Assembly: GCA_037379345.1 (NCBI GenBank) | Contig: CM074518.1 | Location: forward strand, 2,790,001-2,854,000 | Source: Perna viridis | Taxonomy: Eukaryota | DNA length: 64,000 nt | Direction of reading: 5' to 3' | Part shown: positions 24,201 through 36,200 of the stretch, piece after piece | Position numbering within the stretch: position 1 is the first letter of the stretch | Layout: every line of letters starts with the position of its first letter | Made by a program: the position numbers and the translations under genes | The notes under the pieces: generated by a model | What the model saw: the letters and a program-made list of their open reading frames with translations, nothing else | What the model was told of the DNA's origin: nothing | Database searches by the model: none

Positions 24201-27200
24201 GTACATTTTATGGGAATGATTTGGTTTAAGTGGATTAGCCTCTGGTGGCTTACTTTTTATTTTTTTCCTGATCTTTGATGGATGAAACCCAACCATGCCA
24301 TGAGGTCCTTCTTCCACAGGTGCTAATGTCAGTCTGTTAGCCTGTGATCTAGTCTGAATATTTTTCATCCATGGTGGAACTGTAGATCTTGGTGAATCAT
24401 ATATTTGTGGATGTCCAGTCCCTCCAGACTCTAATTTTATATTTGGATCTATAAATTGTGTTGACTCGAACTTTGGTAAGTTGTTGCTTTTGATATGATG
24501 GTGAACTTTGGGGGGTTTGTTTGGCTTATGTCCACTCCATGGGATGGGTGAAGAATATGCTGCCCTTAACTTATGCTTAGCCAAGATGTCCTTTTCCAAA
24601 TATTGAAGTTTGCCCTGATTTTTCAGGTCATAAAGTGTTTCTCTTGCTACTGGCATTCGTTTCTTGATCTTTGTTTTTATGTATGGTCGACTAGATTCTG
24701 CAATCCTTGGCATAAAGTACCAATATAGTATTGTTAGAATAGAATTCAAACTTTGTTCAGATACCTTTCTAGTATTCCAAACTGCTGCTTTTACATCTGA
24801 TGCTGTTGCATTGTGGGAAATTCTTATTTTTTCTAGCCATCTATTTCCCAAAATGTTGAAAGTTTCTATGTCTTGAGGAGGAAGGAAGAAAATTGAATTT
24901 CGACAACTGATTCCTGATTCAAAGAGAACACTTTCATGATTTTCTCGGATTTCATTTCCTGCCACTAGAAGTCTGCTATATCTCAAGGGATATCCAGTTT
25001 TTAACTCAATTTTATGCTTAAAACTAGATATTGTTTGGTTGACTCTCAGATAAGTCTTGTAGATAACTCCATCTGGTGTATGGGCAAATACAGGAAAGGT
25101 TTCTTGTTTCAGAACTAGGGGAATTTCAAGGTCAAATACTGCATCCATTATTTTGCTGCTATTTGGAAGTTTCTGATTTCCAATAGTTAATTCATAAAGC
25201 GTTGCATTTGGTACTCCCATTTTTTCTAGTTTCTTTTTCAAATGTTTCACTGTTTTATTAGCAGATATTCTTAGATTTTCTATAATGCCATGTCCTATGC
25301 TTATTTTTAATGGAACTCCAAATACTATATCTCTATCAATTTGAGTCATGACAACATTCATGATAACTAAGTTATCATACTCCAGATGTCCCATGGGGGA
25401 GGAAAAATCAACTCTTTTACTGTTCTTATAAAGTCGTATAAGGTCAACAGGAATGTTTGTTAGCCCATGGAGCATGAATGCAAGAATAGACCAGCGATCA
25501 TATGGTGACACGGTCACAGAGTATCTCTCACCAGTTTCTGTCACTACATTAACAGTGGAAAGTCTCATGTTACTATGGTGAACTACGGTTGACAGGAGAA
25601 GTTTTTCTCCTGTGCGAATACCTAAGTATGCTATACAGAAATCCCAGTTTACTATTTTGTTTTTGTATTGAAGCACAAGAACATGGATTGGCACATATAA
25701 TTCATGAAGTCCTGCATCCTCTGGCCCATTTGAGCTGAAAGCCCTATTGAAAACTGCATATATTATATCCATTCCAGTGCTACATGGGTCTAAGTAAAAG
25801 CGGTAGTTCTTGCCCCAGAATGTTTCAACATTAATTAGCAAGTCAAAATGTGCTTGTATCATCACATACAATTTTGAATCATTTTTTATTCTATATTCAA
25901 ACAGTCTCCTATTATTTTCCAGGGCATTGTTTGAATACAAAATTTCTTGTCTCTCTACAGGTATTCCTTTCCTTCGTCGAATCAATGTTTTGATTTTTCG
26001 CACAGTCCAAGATAAGTCTACAGGAAGGTTAAATTTTGTTTTCAGTTGACTTATTTCAATATTTACACTGGCATTTTCCTCTGGCATCACCATGACAACA
26101 GACCCAGGTCTAACACTGTAAACTGTCTTCAGATTAACAGGTGATAGTTGGCCTGGACTGAGAATCCGAAGTTTATGCTGAAATCTTTGGAAACCTAAAT
26201 GTTTCTCAGCATACTCAATAATGTTATTAACCAGATATCTGTCAGGTTCAAAGATAGCAATGCTATCATATTTAGCAAAGGACCAAAGTGCTACATTTTG
26301 ACCTGCCAAGGGATGGAGGTGCATGAATTCAGTATTTTCATCAGTTTCAAAATGTTCAAAATCTGAGTTGTCATCATCTTCTGAGTCTGACATCCTCTCC
26401 TGCATATTCCGTAGATGTTGTCTTTGTAGCTGTCCATCATGACCAGGTCTCTAGAAACACAAAAAATAGTCAGAAATAACAAAATTTTCCTGAGGTTTGT
26501 TTTGATTTTTTGATGATTGAAACATGGTTTGGCTTGAGGAATATTTAATAGTTGTGATTTATAAAAACTGGATCCTTGACTGACTAAGAAAGCTTGTTTC
26601 ATGTTCTAAAAAGCTTCTTTCCTCTACTGTTAAAATTAGTTTTCTTCATTTCATTTGGAGATAGGATCTTGAATTAGTTGTTTCCTTTTTTATGCATACG
26701 TGTTTGTCAATAAAATATATTTATTTTAGTATCCAAATTTATTTTTTATGTTAATGATGAAAACTGTAAGATTAATGCCCATAAACAATGTAACAGGTAA
26801 AAATTGTTTTATTAGGCACCAGAAACATTGAGAAAAAACATTTAGACTTTTAAATAAGCAATTTTATATCATGAATAAATATAGAATAAGTATATCTTGT
26901 CTAAAACTTACTTGGTAATGAACTGGTAACACCATATCTGTCTCTCTGAATGGTCCATTCATAAAGTCGGCATTCATCGTACTAGATTTCTATGTCCTAC
27001 CCAAAACATTCATAAAGTCAACGTTCATCTTACATGATTTCTATGTCCTGCCCAAAACATTCATATTGACATTATGTATGTGAACACTATTACATATTTT
27101 GATTTCCTATATCAATGTTCCATATAAATTGTTTTCTCAGTCCACTAAATTCCATTTAAAACTCGTATGGTAAATAAATAAACTTAGCTATTCAATTTAA

Positions 27201-30200
27201 CCTGTTTGGGCAATTTAAGTGGATTGCTTATGTTTTTTAAAAAACCAATTTACCTTTTTAAAGCATTTAAAAATGATATGTTCCATTAGTAACTTCAAAA
27301 TGATATTCAATAATTAATACATTTTATAAAAATGTATGATTATTTTGTACTTGGAAAACAAATAAAGATTACTAAGGAGATAAACTTTATTTGTACTTTA
27401 GCTTCTGTTGTGTTGAATTAGAAATGTAAAAGTATATCAAATTCTAACCTTTGACATGAAGAATTTATCCATGGACATGTCTCTTATTAACTACACTGAA
27501 ACAAGTAATGTATGAATGGTGGTACACTGAGTTATTGATGTACCTTGCCAAATTTGAAGCTTATATCCAGTTAAGCTTCTGGTATCACAGGTACAAAATC
27601 CCTGTCGTGTCAGAGAACTTTACAAATCTGTTCAAATCACCTTCATAAATCAATTATTATTGGATACCAACACTGTAATCCCTCCTCTCGGTTCTTCTTA
27701 ACATCCAGTCCAATACTTTTGATTGAATCGGCTGTTTGTCATTTTCTCTTCAATAAATGCATTTTAAAGTCCTGATTAAATGCATTGTCAGGTTTTAGGT
27801 TATAAATTGACAAAAAAATGCTCTGCAACATACAGAGCACTTCTCCACATATTGAAAACCATGCACTAGAAATATTGAAAACATTTTAAAATTACTGCAT
27901 TAGATTTGAACACCTATTCAACAATAGAATGTTTATACTTCATCATAACCTTTTGTTGTGTGATTCAGTAATAAAAGTTCTCCTTCAAGTCGACAGTTGT
28001 CAGTTAAATTTAGATTGTGCAGTACATTAACTGTTGCCCCGTGGTTGCTATTTAGTTGTCCACGAACTCCTATTAAATATAAATTAATTGACAATTCAAT
28101 AGCTTGTTTGGCTTGTTGAAATTTATCCTAAAATGCCTTTGATTTGTTATCCAGTAAACCCAGTTAAGTGTATAGTTACCTCCATCAGTAGTAAAGTATG
28201 TTCTATTTATATTACTAAATTAAACAAAGTTTTTATAATCCTTCTCTTTGCCAAATACAGTGTACATGCTTCTAGAATTATGTCATGATATTATTCCTCT
28301 TACAATCTGATGCATTTATAATGTCCACTTCAACAAAATCTGATGACTAAAGCCTTAATGTCTTGTATAAATTAAATTTTGGTGTTAGATTGTTAAGATC
28401 CTAATTTGAATTGAAGTTACTTGTCAAATCAATTGATGATCAGTTCTCAAAACATTCTTTTATGGAATAGTTAATTTGATAAAAATCCAAGAGAGGGGAA
28501 TGTTTCACAACTTATGTAGAACATTCTTTGAATTTTTCCTGATGATTTTTTTTATGGTTTTAAGAAAAGTGTAAGGTAACATTTTCATAATTTTTTTTTT
28601 AAATTTGGTGTACTGTTTAATATTTTATATGGTAATTAACAAAAAAATATATGCGTTCCTTCATTAACCCCATTTTAAATTAAATTTTTAATTGAATGTA
28701 AACAGAACAAAGGCCAGTTTAAATGATATTTAACATTATATGGAATAAGATACCTGATAAGTACTGGTTCGTTAGGTCTGTTCACCATGTTACACTTTAA
28801 CACAAACATCTGTGGAAATATAAAGTGTGTTTAAATTAACTCTATTTGGTAACAACTGATTAAAGACTAGTAGACTAGCCATACATAACAATCCATTACC
28901 ATTATATTGTTATTAGTATCAGTTCTAGTATGGAGATGCATGTTGTCTAAGTAACCTTGCATTTAAAAAGGAATCTTTTTAAATAAAAAAGATAAGTATG
29001 ACCCATTGAAACTCTAGGTTATTGAAAATTAAATGATGGGTTTTGTAAGGTAAGTATGACCCATTGAAGCTGTAGGTTATTGAAAAGTAAATGATTGGTT
29101 TTGTAAGAAGAATTATTGCTTGTTTTGTATAGCTTAGTTTATAGATCTTTGCATGTTTTGTGATTTTAAAAATCTTGTTTTTTTTTCGATTTCAGGATTT
29201 TTCAGCTAAAATCATAGTAATATTATTGTTTGTCCATTCTTGTAGCTTCCAAAGCGAGGTACTCCTGAGGTATAGAAATAAAAACTACATGTATAATCCC
29301 ACTAAAGCCATCTTGTCTTAAAGAATCATTTATACCTACTTTTCAGATCACTTTTTTTTTTCATCTCCTCAACTTTTATTTCTGTCTTTTAAGTATAATT
29401 TTGATCACACTGCTGTTGTTTTTATTCATCACCTTTCTCTTAAGTTTCAACCTTGTAATTCAAACAAAGTTTTTAGTTTTCAGTTACAATCATGTTGGTT
29501 GTACAGATATTTTTGTCACGTGTGAAAGAGTTGTCTCCCCTCATCACTTCCTTTTCATGGCACTATAAACACACTAGTGAACTGTATCTGTATAATATTA
29601 CAGCTTAGAAAATAGCAAACTAAGAATATTTATAAATGTAATTATAACTCCATGTTTTATTTAATCATCTGCTTATGCTTTCATTGTCCTTTGTTGCTTG
29701 TACATTTAGTACAAAGCTTGTTCCTTATGTCATCAAAAAATTGAGTGAAACATTTCATATAATACCAGTAATATTATTCTTACTTATTTGTTTTTACTTT
29801 TGATATTATAATGATAAGTTTGGTCTTACTGAGTTGATAAGATATATTAGAAATAGTACATTTTCTGTGTAAACATGAGTTGAACTGTAGAAAAATAAAT
29901 GTTTTCTGTCAGTAACTAATCATGCTGACTTTTATCATCAGTAGTTGCTAATTTTGTTGTAAAGCCTGCCAATTCTACTTGTGTCCATTATCAAGCTTGA
30001 TCTTGTATTGTTTAACATATAAATACAAGGTTTGGGCTGAATTTCTTTGGCTTAGATGTCAAATGTTTTCTGTAGAATGTTTTAGGTTCATCACATTAAT
30101 TTTAAAGTTTAAAGTGATTTTGTTCATGAATGCAAATGATTTCTATAACTTATTTTTGTAACAAATAACATATTAAGACTAGATACTTTAATATCTATTC

Positions 30201-33200
30201 TGCTTCTTAGATATAAATCTTTATTGTGCTGATTCAATAGTGTATGTTCTGAATGTAACATTCAGTGAAGAAGTTCTCTATATTCTGGGAATAGTTCATT
30301 TAACATTACTTGTATTATTGCCTTCAGTACCAAGCTGGCAAGATGGAGATCCAACGTCGTGAGAATCGCTGTATCCTTAGAATCAAAGACTGTCAGCCTG
30401 AGGATGAAGGAGAATACACATGTACCTGTGGTGATGCCACAACTTCCTGTCAATTCAAAGTCACTGGTAAGAGGATGTTAATGACTTAAGTCATTGGAAA
30501 ATGAGAACTGACAATGCAAAATATTTATTTTGTATGTGATGCAGGTTCAAACATTAGATTTTATTGTTTCTAATTTCTTAAGTACTAATATAATATGATT
30601 GTTTTATGAATGAATTTTAATATCAAATCTACTATTCACTATACCATGAGTTCATCCTTGTATCAAAGCTTTCACTTAAATAAAAATGTCTAGGGTCTAT
30701 TCTAAGTTGACATCTATTTATAGATCCTGAATGGGACTTTATGAAGTTATTGGATGATGTTGAAGGAGTGGAAAGAGACAGAGCTGTATTTGAATGTGAT
30801 GTCAATGATCCTGAGGCAGAGGTCAAATGGTTCAGAGGTGACAAGGTAAGGTCAGGGGTCAAACAATAAAAACATCTTCATTTTAATTTCAGTAACTTTA
30901 TTTTTTTCTGGTCCACATTACATTATTCATCAATACGCTCTTGTTATATTATGTATGTAATCTGCAGAGAAGGTTTAGTTGCTTTTGAGAGATATCATAT
31001 GAGAATATTATTTTGAGCATGTCCCATCATCCTAAACTGCAGTATCTGATGTTATGCTACAATCCAATGTTTACATTATACCAGCCAGTACACATCTATA
31101 ATACAAACTGCTATCACTAGAGTCCTCCGTCACACATGTTATACACCAGTATGTTATATATATACAAGTACATGACTATAACCTCAGTGACACATGATAT
31201 ACACCAGTATGTTGTATATATACCAGTACATGATTATAACCTCAGTGACACATGTTATACACCAGTATGTTGTATATATACCAGTACTTGACTACAACCT
31301 CAGTGACACATGATATACACCAGTATGTTGTATATATACCAGTACTTGACTTTTACCTCCGTCACACATGTTATACACCAGTATGTTATATATATACCAG
31401 TACTTGACTACAACCTCAGTGACACATGATATACACCAGTATGCTGTATATATACCAGTACTTGACTATTACCTCAGTCACACATGTTATACACCAGTAT
31501 GTTGTATATATACCAGTACTTGACTATTACCTCAGTGACACATGATATACACCAGTATGTTGTATATATACCAGTACATGACTACAACCTCAGTGACACA
31601 TGATATACACCAGTATGTTGTATATATACCAGTACTTGACTATTACCTCCGTCACACATGTTATACACCAGTATGTTATATATATACCAGTACATGACTA
31701 TAACCTCAGTGACACATGATATACACCAGTATGTTGTATATATACCAGTCCTTGACTATTACCTCCGTCACACATGTTATACACCAGTATGTTATATATA
31801 TACCAGTACATGACTATAACCTCAGTGACACATGATATACACCAGTATGTTGTATATATACCAGTACATGATTACAACCTCAGTAACACATGATATACAC
31901 CAGTATGTTGTATAAATACCAGTACTTGACTATTACCTCAGTGACACATGATATACACCAGTATGTTGTATATATACCAGTACATGACTACAACCTCAGT
32001 GACACATGATATACACCAGTATGTTGTATATATACCAGTACTTGACTATTACCTCCGTCACACATGTTATACACCAGTATGTTATATATATATACCAGTA
32101 CACGACTATAACCTCAGTGACACATGATATACACCATTATGTTATATATATACCAGTACTTGACTATTACCTCCGTCACACGTTATACACCAGTATGTTG
32201 TATATATACCAGTACTTGACTATTACCTCCGTCACACATGATATACACCAGTATGTTGTATATATACCAGTACATGACTATAACCTTCGTCACACATGTT
32301 ATACACCAGTATGTTGTATATATACCAGTACATGACTACAACCTCAGTGACACATGATATACACCAGTATGTTGTATATATACCAGTACATGACTATAAC
32401 CTTCGTCACACATGTTATACACCAGTATGTTGTATATATACCAGTACTTGACTATTACCTCAGTGACACATGATATACACCAGTATGTTGTATATATACC
32501 AGTACATGACTACAACCTCAGTGACACCTGATATACACCAGTATGTTGTATATATACCAGTACTTGACTATTACCTCCGTCACACATGTTATACACCAGT
32601 ATGTTGTATATATACCAGTACATGACTATAACCTCAGTGACATGTTATACACCAGTATGTTGTATATATACCAGTACATGGCTATAACCTCAGTGACACA
32701 TGTTACCTCAGTCCTTCACACAGTTATTGATCCTATTGTTTGTTTATTTTCATCATAGATAGAGGTCATTGTCAACTCTTTGTTCTTTATGACTGTCATT
32801 AAATCATTCAAATTTATAGTTACATATGTTTTTCATCTTTTTGTTAACTATGCTGAATTTTTTTTTATAGCCAATATCCCTTGGAAAAACAACTAGAAAT
32901 AAACAAAAATATTTAATAGAGCCTTTTATTAAGAATGAATGAAGAGAAAAAAAAACAAGGAGTTGTCAATGTCTATGTGTGTTTCTCCTTATACATTCCA
33001 TGTGCCAATTTTCTAGGGTAAAGTGAAGGTAAGACCCCTTGTTGTACCTCTGTTATGTAGCCAATAGAAATCTAGATTTCCTTTCTTCTCCTAAAAAAAA
33101 GAATTAGAGGCTTATTTTTAGGGGTACATTAAAACAGCTATTTGGATTTTGGGAACTGATGTCGATTAAGGGCAAGGATAATATTTCATAACTTGGTTTC

Positions 33201-36200
33201 AGACAGGAACATTTTATTTTATTTTTTTATTTTATTTATAGTTAGGTGTTCTCAGCTTTTTAAGTATGTGATGAATTTCATTGAATTTTGTCTTACTTGA
33301 GCTTAATTGTCTTTTTGTCAATTTAAAAATAGCTGTAAAAATAAGCCTCTATTTCATATGAAAACGGAATTCTTTTCAAAATAGCTCATCTTCCTGCAAA
33401 TTTGGAAATATAATCCTTTCATATTTGTATGTATACACTTGTTCATATAGAAAGAACAATAGAACACAGACTTGACATAAAACCAATGTACAGATGAGGC
33501 TTAAAACCAAAGGGAAAGATTAAGATGAGGCTTAGAACCAAGGGAAAGTTAAGATGAGGCTTAAAACCAAGGGAAAGTTAAGATGAATCTTAGAACCAAG
33601 GGAAAGTTAAGATGAGGCTTAAAACCAGGGGATAGTTAAGATAAGACTTAAAACCAGGGGAAAGTTAAGGTAAGGCTAAAAGCCAGGCGAAAGTTAAGAT
33701 GAGGCTTAGAAACAGGGGAAAGTTAAGGCTTAAAACCAGGGGATAGTTAAGATTAGGCTTAGAACCAGGGGATAGTTAAGGTGAGGCTTAGAACCAGGGA
33801 AAAGTTAAGGTGGGGCTTAGAATCAGGGAAAGTTAAGGTGAGGCTTAAAACCAGGGGGAAGTTGAACCAGTGTAAAGTTCAGATAAGATTTAGAACCAGG
33901 AGATAGTTAAGGTGAGGCTTAGAGCCAGGGGATAATTAAGGTGAGGCTTAGAACCAGGGGATAGTTCAGTTGAGGCTTAGAACCAGAGGATAGTTAAGGT
34001 GAAGCTTAGAGCCGTGGGAGAGTTAAGGTGAGGCTTAAAACCAGGGGATACATGTAGTTAAAGTGAAGCTTAGAACCAGGGGTTAGTTTAGGTGAGGCTT
34101 AGAACCAAAAAGAAAGTTAAGATGAGGCATAGAACCAGAGGAAAGTTAAGGTGAGGCTTAGAACCAGGCGATAGTTAAGGTGAGGCTTAGAACCAGGGGG
34201 AAGTTGAACCAGGGAAAAGTTCAGATGAGATTTGGAAACAGAGGAACTTAAAGCTGTATTAAGCAGCTGTTTTAGCCTAATTTGTATCTTAATGTTTTTT
34301 GTCAAGTCAGTACATTGTAATTGTCTTTATACTGCAACATAAATTTTAATATAATGTTTCAAGTCAGAAAAATAGTGCTATTGATTAGGTCAATATCCTG
34401 GCAACTCCAGAACAATGTATCATTTGTGATGTCACAACTAAAAGATTCAGTATATATCTCTTATAAATATACATTGTATTTTGGCTACTTAAATTGAGCA
34501 ATTACAGTATAGAATTATTTTTGCATTAAAATATTTCGGTATTTTGATATGTGAGGTAAATACAATTAAATTATTCCTTACAAAGAAAACAAGGAGCTTA
34601 ACAACCCCTTCTGACATTCTTACCTTACAGTGCTGTGAATTTATGTCTGAATCCACTCCTCAATCCTCTCTCACCCATTAAATCAAAGGGCAATAAGCCA
34701 GTGAGATATAATTTACATATTTAATCACTAAATAACTTCATGAAATCAATCCCATGAGTTTGTACCTTCTTCTGCATTGGCTTGTTTGGGGTGTATTTAA
34801 TTTTTTTTCACAGGATGAACAGATTTTCTGCTGGAGTGCTGTCATAAAAACTATCCTACAATATTAACCTGTGTCGTGGATTTTTAGATATCACATGATA
34901 ACACCATACAATGTAGTTCTTTAAAACAACATATAACAAACATATATATACATAATGTCTATTTTACATAATGTAATATTTTCCAGGACTTTTTTTCAAA
35001 GTAGAAAATGTTAATGTATTATTTTTGACATCATATAGAGGAGGCAAATAAGATAAAATAAGAAAAAAATTTGTTTATCACCCATTATTTACTAGATTGA
35101 CTTGTTTCAGTAAACACAATCAAAATATGGGGTTTTGTTAATTAGAAGATACATGTAGTATGCACCTTTTCAATGATTAGAATACTCTGATTTAGATCAT
35201 AAACAGATTACTTGTTAAGTAATAATCTTAGAAGCTGCATGTCGATCAAGTCTTAAAGCAGTTGATTAAGTTAACTTCCATATTTTAATGCATTGTTTTT
35301 ATGTCTTTTACAGGAACTGAACTCTGGAGGGAAATATGAGATACAGGCTGATGGATTTAAGAGACGTCTCATTGTTAAGAATTGCCACATGAAGGATGAT
35401 GGTCCATACACCTGTAAAGTACTTGACAAAGAAACAACAGCTAATCTGTTTGTAGAACGTAAGTTTATAGCAGTTATGGAAATATATAAAAGTCATGTTG
35501 TCAAGGATACATTGTCAAGATCTGTTATATTGAATTAAGGTACAAAATATATATTTTTTAAAATTCATTAAATTTATCCTTTTGGACAGTTTTATTGAAA
35601 TGCAACCTGTGATACAGTTAAAACAACCACAGATTGTTTTGTTTTTGTGTGTGTGTTTTTTTTTGGTTTTTTTTTGTGGTATCATGATGTTGTTAGCATC
35701 TGGCATCCGAAGAAAATTTGATTTCCAGAAAATAACTTGGGTATGAGTGTTTGGTGTTCATGAAACTTTACCACAAGGTGCCATGCCAAAAATGGAAGGC
35801 TGGAATTGATTTTGGGGTTATCACTTATATTGTTATGGAATTATGACTAAAAGGGGGCCAGAAACTGGCATTTTGGTGGTATCTGGATAGTAAATTTAAT
35901 TTTTGGGGGTTATTACTTGAACAGTTAAGGAATTAAGGTCTTTAACAGGACCAGAAACAAACATTTCCAGTATGTCTTAACTTGATTATTGAAAATTGTA
36001 CCATAAGGTTTGTTTGTTGGGGTTTAACGTCCGAGCAGCAATATTTCAGCTATATTCAGACAAATAAGTGCCACACCCCAAAAGTTATGACTTAAAACAA
36101 CATTTTTAATTTTCAGCTGATGTCAAATTCTTCAAGAAACTTGAGAACAAGAGAGAAAGAGAAAAGGGAACTCTGATATTGGAATGTAAAGCTTCTAATC

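Noticed and set aside
24664-26049. Short plus-strand ORFs (70 and 79 aa)
   Set aside because: Shadows of the long minus-strand ORF, with no Ig or Fn3 motifs
24060-26405. Canonical polyubiquitin or a transposon ORF
   Set aside because: Repeats are highly divergent and lack LRGG ends; no RT, transposase or integrase motifs; no TIR or TSD seen
26291-26602. 103-aa minus-strand ORF overlapping the nested gene start
   Set aside because: Different frame, runs across the predicted acceptor and polypyrimidine tract, no recognisable protein features
32006-32758. Repetitive ORFs in the 58-bp array (similarly 11635-11853 and 44663-45017)
   Set aside because: Translations of satellite DNA with no splice context
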